Counted from the first letter of the stretch, positions 18,370 to 29,085 are shown. The stretch: 64,000 bases of DNA from a virus (IMGVR_UViG_3300045988_133686:32001-96000), one strand, 5' to 3'. Notes: generated from the letters alone by a model not told the origin. A program made the numbers and translations.

Positions 18370-20259
18370 ATGAGTATATATCTCGTAAATGAGCGAAAAC
18401 AACTGATTCGCACCCAGTCCTCCGTTATTTATGAGCGCGAGACTGGGGCGGGCACACTGCAATTCGTGATACCGACTGCCATTGACGGTATTGATTTAGC
18501 GGCTTGCGCCTGCACCTTGCACACGATCAACATGGACTGCGCGGGCAATGTTCACGCGCTGGACTACATTAATAATGAAGACTTCCCGGAGCATCTCTTC
18601 TGCTCGTACACGCTGCGCACTGAGGACACCTATAAAGACGGCGACGTAGATATTTGGCTGGAATTTGCGAACGCGGAGCAGGAGGTTATCCTCAAGACAG
18701 CAGAGACAAAGTACACCGTCGTGGATCACCAGATTGTGGCGGATTATCTGCCGGACGGGCAGCTTGACCTGCTGGAAGAATACCTGCTGAAGTTTAGCGG
18801 CATTAAGACCGATGTCGAAGGCTCTGCTGCACAGGCTAAAGCGGATGCGGAACGCACCACTCTGCTTGCCGCAAATGCCGCGGATTCCGAGGCTAACGCC
18901 GCAAAAAGTGCATCCGAAGCCAGTGATTCCGCCGTGCGGGCTGCAAGCTGCGTGGATCTTGCTGACGACGCAGCACGCGCAGCCAGTACCTCAGCTCAGA
19001 ACGCTGCGCAGTCCGCTGATGCCGCCGCACAATCTGCTGCAAAAATTGCCGAAGCAGAGAAATTTGCCGAACAGGCGGAGCAAAGTGCGTCGAAGGCAGG
19101 GCAATATGCTGCTGACGCTGCGGCTAGCATGATCGAAGCACAGAACGGGGCCAGTGTCGCTGAGCGGGAATCCGCTAACGCCGCGCAATCCGCCAAGGAT
19201 GCTGCGCAGTCTATGGCATCTGCCGAAACTTACGCCAAGGGTACGGCGTCGGATCGTTACACAACGGCGCGACTTGTGGACGCGGCGGCTGTCAGTGCTC
19301 GTGATGCGGCAGGGTATGCCGAGCAAAGTGCCGCCTCCGCACAGCAGGCAAGTAAGAGCGCGCAGGACGCAGCGAATGCCATCGGTAGACTAACAGTAGA
19401 TGTGAAGGACGGCAAAACTGCCAGCGCAGTCGTTTCTGATGTTGACGGGCATAAACACATTGATTTCATACTGCCAGGCGCAGGCGGGGCAAAAGTAGAG
19501 ATTGATAACAAGACGATCACGCGCGACGCAGACGGTAAGTTGCAAACTGCTGTGGGCGGATACATCAACGAAGACGCTCTGCATATTACGTGGGATGGTA
19601 ACACCGACGGATTGGTGTCTGTTGCTCTAGGTGAAAGCAATGTGTTCTACAAAGTTAGCGACCTAACACCAACCGTAAGCGAGCTGACCGGGGCAACGCT
19701 TGTGGATAGCGACGGTACCTCTATAACTATAAACAGTGACGATCTTGATGACACAAACCATGATTATGTTTTCTGTGGCAGTGAGCCTCCAATAATGGTA
19801 GTAGTAATCTACAAGGACGATGCTCTTATCCACGGAGTCACCTTTCCTAAAAAGGGGACATATTTCGGAATGGGAGACGATGAAGCCGGAACACTCTTTC
19901 TCTCTTCTCTAACCGCTGGCAACGCCGTGGTGCAAATTGACGAGAGGTTCATCCCAAAGACGTCGGTGGTGCAGGAATTAGAAAACCAGGTGCGGGATCT
20001 TGGCCTCAGCGTGAATCGTGCGAACGGCAATGCGGTAACTGCACTCAGCGGCGCAGATACAGCGCAGAAAATCGCGATCAACGCACGGAGTATCGCAAAC
20101 GCCGCGCAAAATGCGCAGCAAACCGCGAACACTGCACTAGCAAAGGCAACAGCGATTAATAAAGAAATCATCCTCGTCTCCTCTACCGCCAATTCCACAA
20201 AAAAGTTCAAGATTACGATAGACGATAACGGCCAACTATCCGCCACAGAAGTGGTGTAA
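18370..20259 (+). CDS. tail fibre protein with Ala/Gln/Ser-rich coiled-coil stalk
   Basis: RBS aaggaga 6 nt before ATG 18370. Long AAxSAxxA heptad-like region (about 18800-19400). Confidence 0.7.
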   Translation: MSIYLVNERKQLIRTQSSVIYERETGAGTLQFVIPTAIDGIDLAACACTLHTINMDCAGNVHALDYINNEDFPEHLFCSYTLRTEDTYKDGDVDIWLEFANAEQEVILKTAETKYTVVDHQIVADYLPDGQLDLLEEYLLKFSGIKTDVEGSAAQAKADAERTTLLAANAADSEANAAKSASEASDSAVRAASCVDLADDAARAASTSAQNAAQSADAAAQSAAKIAEAEKFAEQAEQSASKAGQYAADAAASMIEAQNGASVAERESANAAQSAKDAAQSMASAETYAKGTASDRYTTARLVDAAAVSARDAAGYAEQSAASAQQASKSAQDAANAIGRLTVDVKDGKTASAVVSDVDGHKHIDFILPGAGGAKVEIDNKTITRDADGKLQTAVGGYINEDALHITWDGNTDGLVSVALGESNVFYKVSDLTPTVSELTGATLVDSDGTSITINSDDLDDTNHDYVFCGSEPPIMVVVIYKDDALIHGVTFPKKGTYFGMGDDEAGTLFLSSLTAGNAVVQIDERFIPKTSVVQELENQVRDLGLSVNRANGNAVTALSGADTAQKIAINARSIANAAQNAQQTANTALAKATAINKEIILVSSTANSTKKFKITIDDNGQLSATEVV

Positions 20260-20286
20260 CGTGCCACGGCACAAAGGAGGTGAGTT

Positions 20287-21318
20287 ATGCGGGTAATCAG
20301 ATTTAACGGGCAAACACCAACCCCGGACACATTTAAGCTGTGCAACCTCAGTGACAACAAGTGGGAGAAGATCGAGTTCCACATCCCGCGCTATGCTGGC
20401 ATGAACGCAACTCTCCACCTGACAATTGGCGATTACTCCGATGTGGTCAACCTCTCCTCAGACGGCGTTTATACCGTGCAGCGCAAGCACACGCAACAGG
20501 CGGGCACCATCCGCGGCTATATCACCATCGTTGGCGATGAAGACATTGTTTGGCATTCAGACGAGTTCAAGATGATTGTGGGCGATGTGCGCGACGATGG
20601 GCCAGCTATTGCGGACGCGTACCCATCGGCATTTGAGGACGCTCTAAAAGCTCTTGCGGAGATCAAGACTGCGCAGGAGGATGTGACGAAGACTGCTGCG
20701 GACGTTGCAATTAACGCGAAAGAAGCCCAGGATGCCTCACAGGTTGCGCAAACCGCCGCGCAGGATGCCAGTAAATCTCAGCAAGCCGCCAAGGAAGCAG
20801 CCGACGCAGCCTCAGCAACACTGAGCGATGTTCATGGCATCAAGACGAGCGTTGACGAACTTGCCGCAGAGTCCCGCAGCAATGCGGAGCGCGCAAAACA
20901 GTCCGCCGACAACGCGGCCGCAAGTGCGCAATCTTCTGCCAACGCCGCGCAATCCGCGCAGCAGTCCGGCGCACAGGCTACGTTGGCAGCATCTGACGCG
21001 GTGCAGTCTGCCACCTCTGCTATTGACGCCGCACAGCGCAGCGCGGTCAACGCCGACCAGTCCCGCAGCAATGCGGAGCAAGCGAAGGCCAGTGCTGACG
21101 CGGCAGCTAGGAGTGAGGCACAGGCCAAGCAGTATGAAGCCGACGCGCGCAAGGCAGCCGAGCAGGCAATTGGCGGGTCGAGAGATCATAGGAACCTTAC
21201 TAATAGGGATGCCCCAGACCAGCACCCAATCGGAGCAATTACAGGATTGGCGTCGCGTCTTACAGACGTGGAGTCTCGACCAATGACAAGTGCAGAAATT
21301 CTTGCGATCATGAAATGA
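20287..21318 (+). CDS. tail fibre protein (coiled-coil stalk, DQHPIGAITGL motif)
   Basis: RBS aaaggaggtga. Ala-rich stalk paralogous to the previous gene. The C-terminal DAPDQHPIGAITGL motif is common in phage fibres. Confidence 0.7.
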   Translation: MRVIRFNGQTPTPDTFKLCNLSDNKWEKIEFHIPRYAGMNATLHLTIGDYSDVVNLSSDGVYTVQRKHTQQAGTIRGYITIVGDEDIVWHSDEFKMIVGDVRDDGPAIADAYPSAFEDALKALAEIKTAQEDVTKTAADVAINAKEAQDASQVAQTAAQDASKSQQAAKEAADAASATLSDVHGIKTSVDELAAESRSNAERAKQSADNAAASAQSSANAAQSAQQSGAQATLAASDAVQSATSAIDAAQRSAVNADQSRSNAEQAKASADAAARSEAQAKQYEADARKAAEQAIGGSRDHRNLTNRDAPDQHPIGAITGLASRLTDVESRPMTSAEILAIMK

Positions 21319-21328
21319 GGATGAGCAT

Positions 21329-22621
21329 ATGGCTGATGAAAAAGTATATTTAGGCAAAGACCAACTTGCCTTGGTGTGGCAGTTGATTAAGAATGCCTTT
21401 GTCGCCAAGGTTGAGGGCAAGGGACTTTCTACCAACGACTTTACCAATGACCTTCTGACCAAGCTGACTGGCATCCAGACCGGCGCTACTGCTGTGGCGA
21501 ATTCCGCCAAGAACGGTGCTATCACCATTAATGGAAAAGACGAGACGGTGTACGCGCTACCGGCCGCAACAGCAAGCCTACTCGGCGGCGTCATCATCGG
21601 CGCTGGTCTTTCCATTGACGATACCGGCAAGCTAATTAACGCTATCACGAAATTAAGCCAGCTCGAAAATGATGCTGGCTTTATTACTACCGCGGACATC
21701 CCCGAAGGCGCTGCTGCCTCGACCACCACGCCTAAAATGGACGGCACGGCGACGACCGGCACGGAACTTGCCTTCGCGCGTGGCGATCACGTCCACCCAT
21801 CTGATACTACGAAGGTGGACAAGGAAACCGGCAAGGGTTTGTCCACGAATGATCTGACCAATGTGCTGAAGGGTAACTATGACGCAGCATACACGCATAG
21901 CGTCGCCCCGCACGCACCTTCCAACGCAGAGAAGAATGTGATCGTCGGCATCCAGAAAAACGGGACGGATGTTTCGGTCAACGCCACGACGCGCAAGGCC
22001 AACATCGTTGTACCCACTAAGGTTAGTGACTTGACAAATGATACCGGCTTCATCACTGCGAGTGAGGTGCCGGAGACATATACGTTGCCCGACGCAACTT
22101 CGACCGTAAAGGGCGGCGTCAAGATCGGCAACAACGTGAAGGTGGTTGGCGCGACCATCTCTGTTGACGATGCTTCCGCAAGCGCAAAGGGCGTTGTCCA
22201 ACTTGCTATCGCTGCCACGGATGATGATACGAAAGCGGCTACGGCTGGCGCTCTCTATGACGTTAACACAGATCTGAGCGCGAAGATTGCGGCGAAACAG
22301 TCCCCCGCCACGTCTCTTGCTGGCTACGGGATCACGGACGCGTACACAAAGACCGAGATTAACTCCATGGTTTCGTCCGTCCTTCATTATAAAGGCACAA
22401 AGACGAGCTACTCTGATCTGCCCAAGACTGGTAACGTTGTTGGCGACGTGTGGAATATCGAAAATGCTAATACCTTACATGGGGTACGCGCCGGTGACAA
22501 CGTAGCGTGGAATGGTACTGCATGGGACGTGCTGGCAGGCACGATTGACCTGTCTACGTATCTGCAAACGTCCGAGCTGCGGGAAATAACAGAGGGCGAA
22601 ATCAAGTCCATCTGTGTGTGA
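21329..22621 (+). CDS. tail fibre protein with GKGLSTNDxT repeats
   Basis: GKGLSTNDFTNDLL and GKGLSTNDLTNVL repeats. C-terminal GDVWNI...AWNGTAWDVLAG receptor-domain-like end. Confidence 0.7.
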   Translation: MADEKVYLGKDQLALVWQLIKNAFVAKVEGKGLSTNDFTNDLLTKLTGIQTGATAVANSAKNGAITINGKDETVYALPAATASLLGGVIIGAGLSIDDTGKLINAITKLSQLENDAGFITTADIPEGAAASTTTPKMDGTATTGTELAFARGDHVHPSDTTKVDKETGKGLSTNDLTNVLKGNYDAAYTHSVAPHAPSNAEKNVIVGIQKNGTDVSVNATTRKANIVVPTKVSDLTNDTGFITASEVPETYTLPDATSTVKGGVKIGNNVKVVGATISVDDASASAKGVVQLAIAATDDDTKAATAGALYDVNTDLSAKIAAKQSPATSLAGYGITDAYTKTEINSMVSSVLHYKGTKTSYSDLPKTGNVVGDVWNIENANTLHGVRAGDNVAWNGTAWDVLAGTIDLSTYLQTSELREITEGEIKSICV

Positions 22622-22634
22622 GTGAGGTGAGCTT

Positions 22635-22811
22635 ATGGCGATACCTTCTCCTCCAGACTCGCGTTACTTTTACTTAGACAAAACAGGGCTGGGAACATTG
22701 TGGGCGTTGATAAAAGAGAAGTTCGCGAGTAAGACGCATACACACACAGCGTCAGACATCACGGGTCTAAGCGCCGCAACAACGATTACCATATACCGTT
22801 ACACAGAATGA
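22635..22811 (+). CDS. 58-aa protein (below track cutoff) sharing the fibre N-terminal motif
   Basis: RBS gaggtga plus 4 nt (gctt) before the ATG. YFYLDKTGLGTLWALIKEKFA parallels VYLGKDQLALVWQLIKNAFVA of the previous gene. Confidence 0.5.
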   Translation: MAIPSPPDSRYFYLDKTGLGTLWALIKEKFASKTHTHTASDITGLSAATTITIYRYTE

Positions 22812-22826
22812 TAAGGAGGTGGCCGC

Positions 22827-23078
22827 ATGGCCTATTATCTCGGCTCAAAGCGCATCTCAGGCGTGCTGACCGAATACGCTACGACAGAAATCAACACATC
22901 TGACGCCACGGCCACAGCGGCCGACATAATTGAAGGAAAGACCGCTGGTGTCGGCGGGCAGCTCGTCACCGGTACACTAAAACAGAATCATCTCTACGTT
23001 GCGCATACCGCCGGGGCACCATCTAACAATCTTGGTGTGCCCGGCGATCTGTATATTATCATCGAGGAGGGCGAGTAA
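22827..23078 (+). CDS. small fibre-module protein with SDATATAADI..GKTA..G..VTGT motif
   Basis: RBS taaggaggt. 83 aa. The motif recurs at the N-terminus of the 26594 gene. Confidence 0.65.
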   Translation: MAYYLGSKRISGVLTEYATTEINTSDATATAADIIEGKTAGVGGQLVTGTLKQNHLYVAHTAGAPSNNLGVPGDLYIIIEEGE

Positions 23079-26000
23079 TGGCGGTCACTCCTATCACATA
23101 CGTTGGGAGGTTGGTCGCTCAGGACAACGACCTCCCCACCCTAGATACTATGTATGATGTGGCTTACCGTTATACATCGATCACAGCGTCGATGAATGCC
23201 GCCATACCAGCGTTCTACAGCTTGAACACTGACTCTGATCTCACATCATCATCAATATGGTCTTATCTCGAAGATGGCAATCCGGCCACGACGATAGCTG
23301 CTGACGAGGACTTTACTGTTGAGTTCTGGATGCAACTCGAAAAAACAGGGCTCGAACAAACCATCATCAATGGTCCAACGTCCAACAACTTATTCATATA
23401 TCTTGGCACGGCGAATAAACTGAATTTTGATCTTGGTACAACATCCACATCACATAACTGTGCTTCATACGCATTTGCTGCGTCAACATGGTACCACATT
23501 GCCTTCGTGCGAAGCGGTGGTACCGTAACCTATTACGTAAACGGTGATGCTCTCGAAACCTGGACGATGAACGTCGCACTTTCCATACCGGCCTCTATCA
23601 GATACGGCCAACAATGGAATGGCGTCGCTGCGTCGCACCAATTTTACGGTGATCTCGCTGGTGTGTGTATCCTGAGAGGCGCAAAATACACCGCCCCGTT
23701 TGCCCCGCCTATGACCCCGGCGCAGTACGAAGATGTTACATCCGCCCCAGTCGAACTCTTTGAGCTTGTAGGTGACACCGTGACAGATCGTTACGGGCAC
23801 AATCTCACGAAAACTGACATCTCCACAAGTGGGGATGCAACATTTCTTGGGCAGAATACGCTGTTTTTTAATGGCACATCATCTGTGCTCACCACTGCGC
23901 TTTACTGCGGCAAGGCCGCCGACTTTACCATCGACTGGTGGTGTAAGCCAAACTCTGTGAGCAATTACAACAATTGGAATACCGTCTTAGAATGGAGATC
24001 TGACCTAACATCAGGGCGTGGGTATTACTGCCATATTATGACACAGGGCAGGAGCATTTGTTCGGCACCGAGCGTTGCTACAAGCAGCAGTGGGTATGCA
24101 AGTGGCCCAACTAGTTACCATGGTATCGGCGGCAACAGTTGGAACCATTACGCGATCGTAAAGCGCGGTGGCACCTGCTACTTCTATATCAATGGTGTTC
24201 AGCACGCTGTCACTTACGCCACATCAAACTACATGTGGCCGACGTTGTTATCGGTCGGAAAGTGTGCGTTCACGAGCGGGTACTATTCGGGGTATGTTGC
24301 GCATCTTCGGGTATGCTGCGGCGCGCGCTGGACTGGAAACTTTGCTGTACCCAACAACCTTGCTGATTACGGGCTGGGCACTGCGCAGAAATATGATATT
24401 ACAAACGGCGCCCCTGAACAACTATCAGCCTCCCCTAATACAGTCCTGGAATGCAATTACTCCGGCGCTGCAATTCCGATCACTCTCCCACGTGGCGCAT
24501 ACAAGCTCGAATGCTGGGGTGCCTCTGGCGGCTATTACCAAAATACGTCTGGCGGCCGCGGCGGTTATTCGTGCGGTACACTGACATTACAAGACACGAC
24601 CAAACTCTATTTATATGCTGGTGGTATGGGCGAGGACTTTGAGAACTACAAACGCTCATCTGCTGGCAACGTGTACGCTGGCGGCTTCAACGGCGGCGGT
24701 TCGGCCAAGGTTGTTTACTACAGCGGCACAACCACAACTCCTTCCGGTGGTGGCGGCGGCACGGACATCCGCATCGGGGCGAAGAGCCTCTACGCGCGTG
24801 TTATCGTCGCGGGCGGTGGCAGTGGTGCTACCAACGGCAACGCGGGGTACGTTGGCGGAGGTGAGTCCGGTGGCGGGTATAATACTTCCTTTGCTGGTAA
24901 GGCGGCTGCTGCTGGCACAAATGGAGCTTTCGGTGTCGGCGCGTCCTCTTCTCCGAGTTCAACAAACTATAAGTATTCAGGTACGGGCGCTGGTGGTGGC
25001 TGGTACGGCGGCGGCGCAACTTCGACATATAGTGACAGCGATACATCGCTACCCAAACAGGCGGGCGGTGGCTCTGGTTATGTGTATGCACAAACCTCGG
25101 CGCAGAATTATCCGTCTGGCTGTCTGCTCAACAGCGCGCAGTATCTAGCGGATGGTCTAACAAAGGCTGGCTCTGAAGCCATCCCGGAAATCAACGGCGA
25201 CACTGCGTGTGCAAGCCAATTCGGTCACGCTGGGTATATTCGCGTCACCGTGCTAAATGTGCCACCAGCTATCTACCTGCGAACTTCTGCGGGCTGGAAG
25301 CGTGTACGTGATGTATGCACCAATCAAAATACGTCTGGTTGGACAAGCATTATAGAGTCTAGCGCGGATGTTATTCGGGCAACGTTAGCCTCTGCTATCA
25401 CAACGGTGTCGCCCAACAACGTGGAATATGTGTGGCGCAAGTGTACGCGCGATGCCAATACAAAACTCCTCTTGAAATTTGACGATGGCGTAACTGACGT
25501 GAGCGGAAATGATGTGGCATTGGTATCGCAGGGAGTCACCACATCCGACGCACAGTCGAAGTTCGGCGGAAAGAGTGGCTATTTTAACGGGAGCACCGCA
25601 TGGATTGATTTTACTGTTAAATCTGTATTCAATCCAAATGCCGACTGGACAATCGACTGGTGGGAATATATTGAGACGAAAGTGAATGCGGCCTGTATAT
25701 ACAACCAGACGAATGGCATACACAATAACGACCGCGGCATCTTGCTGGGCTATCAATCATCGTCAAACAATGAATACGCATATGTTACCGACAGTGCCAG
25801 CGGTTGGACGATTGCGGACAGTAAAACCATGGGTGCATTAACCACCGGGCAGTGGGTGCATCGGGCAGTTGTGCGCTCCGGCAGCACTTACTACACTTTC
25901 CGTGACGGCGTGCAACAGGCTACATGGACGTCAACTAAAAGCATCCTAAGCACAGCTACACTTGGTACCATCGGGCGTTACGCCAACGGAATAAAATACT

Positions 26001-26179
26001 ACAAAGGATATATCGATGAGTTCCGCATTTCAGATATCGCGCGCTGGACGTCATCTTTCACAGCTCCAGCCACGCCTTACACAGCGATTAATATCGTTGG
26101 TTATGTTACTTCGCCGTCACCTCGCGCCTACCCTGATGGAAAAACAGCGAGTGATGGCTTTTATTATGAACGCATTTAA
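23078..26179 (+). CDS. large fibre/receptor-binding protein: three LamG-like (concanavalin-type) modules plus a central glycine-rich domain
   Basis: Three repeats of the pattern FT(V/I)(E/D)(F/W)W ... W(Y/N/V)H(I/Y/R)A(F/I/V)V(R/K)(S/R)GG/S..Y(Y/F)..(N/D)G. Central LECWGASGGYYQNTSGGRGGYSCG...VIVAGGGSGATNGNAGYVGGGESGGGY. Confidence 0.8.
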   Translation: MAVTPITYVGRLVAQDNDLPTLDTMYDVAYRYTSITASMNAAIPAFYSLNTDSDLTSSSIWSYLEDGNPATTIAADEDFTVEFWMQLEKTGLEQTIINGPTSNNLFIYLGTANKLNFDLGTTSTSHNCASYAFAASTWYHIAFVRSGGTVTYYVNGDALETWTMNVALSIPASIRYGQQWNGVAASHQFYGDLAGVCILRGAKYTAPFAPPMTPAQYEDVTSAPVELFELVGDTVTDRYGHNLTKTDISTSGDATFLGQNTLFFNGTSSVLTTALYCGKAADFTIDWWCKPNSVSNYNNWNTVLEWRSDLTSGRGYYCHIMTQGRSICSAPSVATSSSGYASGPTSYHGIGGNSWNHYAIVKRGGTCYFYINGVQHAVTYATSNYMWPTLLSVGKCAFTSGYYSGYVAHLRVCCGARWTGNFAVPNNLADYGLGTAQKYDITNGAPEQLSASPNTVLECNYSGAAIPITLPRGAYKLECWGASGGYYQNTSGGRGGYSCGTLTLQDTTKLYLYAGGMGEDFENYKRSSAGNVYAGGFNGGGSAKVVYYSGTTTTPSGGGGGTDIRIGAKSLYARVIVAGGGSGATNGNAGYVGGGESGGGYNTSFAGKAAAAGTNGAFGVGASSSPSSTNYKYSGTGAGGGWYGGGATSTYSDSDTSLPKQAGGGSGYVYAQTSAQNYPSGCLLNSAQYLADGLTKAGSEAIPEINGDTACASQFGHAGYIRVTVLNVPPAIYLRTSAGWKRVRDVCTNQNTSGWTSIIESSADVIRATLASAITTVSPNNVEYVWRKCTRDANTKLLLKFDDGVTDVSGNDVALVSQGVTTSDAQSKFGGKSGYFNGSTAWIDFTVKSVFNPNADWTIDWWEYIETKVNAACIYNQTNGIHNNDRGILLGYQSSSNNEYAYVTDSASGWTIADSKTMGALTTGQWVHRAVVRSGSTYYTFRDGVQQATWTSTKSILSTATLGTIGRYANGIKYYKGYIDEFRISDIARWTSSFTAPATPYTAINIVGYVTSPSPRAYPDGKTASDGFYYERI

Positions 26180-26190
26180 GGAGGGATTGC

Positions 26191-26589
26191 ATGGCATTCA
26201 CAGAGACACAGGTGCCTAATTATAAAATATATACCTTGCCGCAGTCCGTTTACGACGCGCTCGTGCAGTCCGGCGGCATTGATGAGAATGCTCAATACCT
26301 CACCACCAACGACGGCGATCCGTATGGGCGCGTCATTGTCAGCAATGTCAATGTACCCGCATCGCTATGGGCGGATGACTCAACGACGGAGATGTATACC
26401 GCAGCTGCGATTGTGCCCGTTACCGGCATCACGGCATCTCTGGTGCCTGAGGTCATTTTTAACATGGACGACGCCACAGGCGGCAACTTTGCGCCGGTTG
26501 CAGAGTCCTCGGACGACGGGGTAAAAATCTACGCGAGAGAGAAACCAACCTCGGCGATAATAATTCCAACAATCATCCTTTGGAGGTGA
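26191..26589 (+). CDS. hypothetical fibre-module protein
   Basis: RBS taaggaggg. 132 aa. Confidence 0.65.
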   Translation: MAFTETQVPNYKIYTLPQSVYDALVQSGGIDENAQYLTTNDGDPYGRVIVSNVNVPASLWADDSTTEMYTAAAIVPVTGITASLVPEVIFNMDDATGGNFAPVAESSDDGVKIYAREKPTSAIIIPTIILWR

Positions 26590-26593
26590 ATGA

Positions 26594-27325
26594 ATGGTAG
26601 GAACGACTAATGCTATGGCAGTTGGAACAAAGACAGCCGCCATTATTGATATGTCTGATGCAACGGGCACGGCACAGGATGTCGCCAAGGACGTCATCGT
26701 ATACACAAAAAATGGTCAACGACTAGTTGGTACTGCCGTCGTCGGCGGAGCCAGCGCAGACGCAAAGCCATCTGTTACTTATACAGGCAAATGGACAGGG
26801 TGGCATATTGAGTTCTATGGAGGCACGCCTTATTGGGAGGCGGTTTTCTATACTTCTGGCACGCTTAATTTTTCCAACGCCTATACCGCAGACCTCTGGG
26901 GCGTTGGCGGAGGACCATTTGACTACAGCGGCGTTATGTGCCGCGCATCTTCTGCCAAGGTGCTCGGTGTGCAATTTGCCGTCGGACAGCAAGCCGTAAC
27001 GATCGGGGCAGGGGCGACGAAGAACGCGCGCGGCAACGGCGGCAATACGACGGTTGGAGGCGTGTTCACCGCCAATGGAGGCGTAATGAACGTATCGAGC
27101 ACCAGCAAAATGTACCGTTTCGAGGATGAAGACAAAGCAGGTGAAGCGGGCGCAGATGGTACGTCCAACGGATATGCGCACGGGGAAGGCGGCTGGCTGC
27201 ACTGGCGATGCGGGGTTGACAACGGCGACGGCGAAGGTTACGGCGCGGGGGGCGACTACGGCGGCTACGGCAACGCGCTGGTGAACGCGCATCCGGGTGC
27301 ATTGGTCATTCGTATTGCAATGTGA
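26594..27325 (+). CDS. glycine-rich domain protein with N-terminal SDATGTAQDV adaptor motif
   Basis: RBS ggaggtga. LWGVGGGPF...GAGATKNARGNGGNTTVGG...GYGAGGDYGGYG. Confidence 0.7.
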   Translation: MVGTTNAMAVGTKTAAIIDMSDATGTAQDVAKDVIVYTKNGQRLVGTAVVGGASADAKPSVTYTGKWTGWHIEFYGGTPYWEAVFYTSGTLNFSNAYTADLWGVGGGPFDYSGVMCRASSAKVLGVQFAVGQQAVTIGAGATKNARGNGGNTTVGGVFTANGGVMNVSSTSKMYRFEDEDKAGEAGADGTSNGYAHGEGGWLHWRCGVDNGDGEGYGAGGDYGGYGNALVNAHPGALVIRIAM

Positions 27326-27334
27326 GGTAAGGAT

Positions 27335-27532
27335 ATGGCTGTATATATTGTAAGCAATTCAAACGGAGAACGTATCAACTTGATTGAGATTGACGCGCTC
27401 CAAGTTGCAGAGTATTCCCAACTAACTGGGATGACTCTTTCCTTACCGGAAGAGTCTGGTGCAGATCAACCCGAAGAATCGCAAATGAAACAAGCGCTGC
27501 GAACGCTTGGCGTAGACACGGAAGGAGCGTGA
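27335..27532 (+). CDS. hypothetical small acidic protein
   Basis: RBS gaggtaagg. 65 aa. Confidence 0.55.
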   Translation: MAVYIVSNSNGERINLIEIDALQVAEYSQLTGMTLSLPEESGADQPEESQMKQALRTLGVDTEGA

Positions 27533-27536
27533 TATA

Positions 27537-28019
27537 GTGGCTTTTAAGGATCAATATACGAAGGTTAACTTCGTCAATAAAAATGACCCCGCGTTTGTGG
27601 AGGGCGTCTCCCCTTCCATCTCCGCGGAGCATCTGAACGCGATACAGGACGGCATTATCAATTCGCTGGTTGACGCCGATGGACTCAATGAGCGGTTGAC
27701 ACAGGAGGAAGCGAATACCGATGCCCTGTTTGCTGGCACGATCGGTGTGCGGTGCGAGGTGCTGAACACAACCGTGACAATCCAGGCCGCAAGTTGGACT
27801 GAGGACGCGGTAAACATGCGGTATACCGCCACGATCACCAACGCGGCGATTCGCACGGATACAGATGTGGAACTCGTGCTAGCTGATGCCGATAAGGGTA
27901 AGTACGCGCTCAACGCCCTTGATCCTGCCGCGGGCAGCGTGACACTGTTTGCTGGCGCGGCACCAACCCAGCCTCTTACCCTCCGGCTTATCGTGACCGA
28001 GGTGAGAAAAATTGACTAG
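27537..28019 (+). CDS. hypothetical fibre-module protein
   Basis: GTG start after ggaaggagcg. 160 aa. Confidence 0.65.
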   Translation: MAFKDQYTKVNFVNKNDPAFVEGVSPSISAEHLNAIQDGIINSLVDADGLNERLTQEEANTDALFAGTIGVRCEVLNTTVTIQAASWTEDAVNMRYTATITNAAIRTDTDVELVLADADKGKYALNALDPAAGSVTLFAGAAPTQPLTLRLIVTEVRKID

Positions 28020-29085
28020 AGTTGGGCGCACATATGTAAAAGGAACGGCGGCTGGTGCTGCCAATGATGGATACTTCGGTAATGGGTCTGACGGCGCGCT
28101 GAATGTAGCGGCTGGTCAGACCTTTATTATTGATGTACCGTCTGAAGACACACAAATCATCAAAAATTACAGCAGCGTGAATATCGCGGCTGGGGCGACA
28201 GTGAAGACTTCTGGCCGATGCAACGGCATGGTCTGGCTCGTAAGCGGAGATTTCATTCTTAACGGTACGATTAACATGGACAAGCGTGCGCCTCTACTGA
28301 ACGATAACGAGGCAGCGGCGACACAAGAACTGCATGTTGCGCTGTGCGGGACACTGAATGGTGGTAAAGGCGGAAACGGAAATGCTGGTGGCGGTGCAAG
28401 TCAAACATCATCAGAATCAGCAGTAGTTTGGCGCAGTTGGGATAGTTCTAAGGCTGGCGTTGGCGGACAAGGGTTCCGACTGGGCGGCGGGTATGGCGGC
28501 GGAGGCGGTGGCGGTTCTGATGCTGGTGGAAGTTGCGAACCGCGCCCCCCAATCGGCACAACAATCCCTTATCCATCTGGGCGTGGTGTTGTGTTTTGCG
28601 GAACTGGAGGTTCGAGTTATAACAGCATGGCATCAGATCATCCATATTTTTATGTAGGCGGCGCTGGTCCGGGTGGATCTGGCGCCTTTGGCATTTATAA
28701 CCAATATGGAGTTAACGGTAACGCTGGAGACGCGATTGGCGGTGGGGCAATCTGGATTTTTGTCATGGGGCAGGTAACGATCGGTGCAACGGGTATAATT
28801 TCGGCTTGTGGTGGGAATGGCGCTGCTGGAGTCCATGCCACTCCCTCTTATAGCGGAACCGGGTATACCGGAGGTAGTACGGCATACACCGGGTCTGGCG
28901 GTGGCGGTGGCGGAGGAATTATTGCCCTGGTATATAGCGGTGGCATCTCAAACCTTGGGTCATTGCGTGCCGAAGGTGGGAGTGGTGGGGCTAATATCGC
29001 TGCCCCATTTGGCTCCACGAAGGGCGAAGACGGTGCTATCGGCGTCATCCTTGTAAAATCCATATCTGACCTGCTCGACTTATAA
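28012..29085 (+). CDS. glycine-rich fibre/spike-like protein, paralog A
   Basis: TTG start after GAGGTGA. GSDGALNV...FILNGTINMDKRAPLL...GGKGGNGNAGGG...GGGGGGIIALVYSGG. Confidence 0.75.
   Translation: MTRVGRTYVKGTAAGAANDGYFGNGSDGALNVAAGQTFIIDVPSEDTQIIKNYSSVNIAAGATVKTSGRCNGMVWLVSGDFILNGTINMDKRAPLLNDNEAAATQELHVALCGTLNGGKGGNGNAGGGASQTSSESAVVWRSWDSSKAGVGGQGFRLGGGYGGGGGGGSDAGGSCEPRPPIGTTIPYPSGRGVVFCGTGGSSYNSMASDHPYFYVGGAGPGGSGAFGIYNQYGVNGNAGDAIGGGAIWIFVMGQVTIGATGIISACGGNGAAGVHATPSYSGTGYTGGSTAYTGSGGGGGGGIIALVYSGGISNLGSLRAEGGSGGANIAAPFGSTKGEDGAIGVILVKSISDLLDL

Noticed and set aside
20812-21762. 316-aa minus-strand ORF, plus several 100-150-aa ORFs in other frames across 18.8-21.8 kb
   Set aside because: They are antisense to two well-signalled fibre genes and span their intergenic RBS. 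The open frames are a by-product of the GCN/CAG-rich Ala/Gln coiled-coil coding sequence. No RBS is present.
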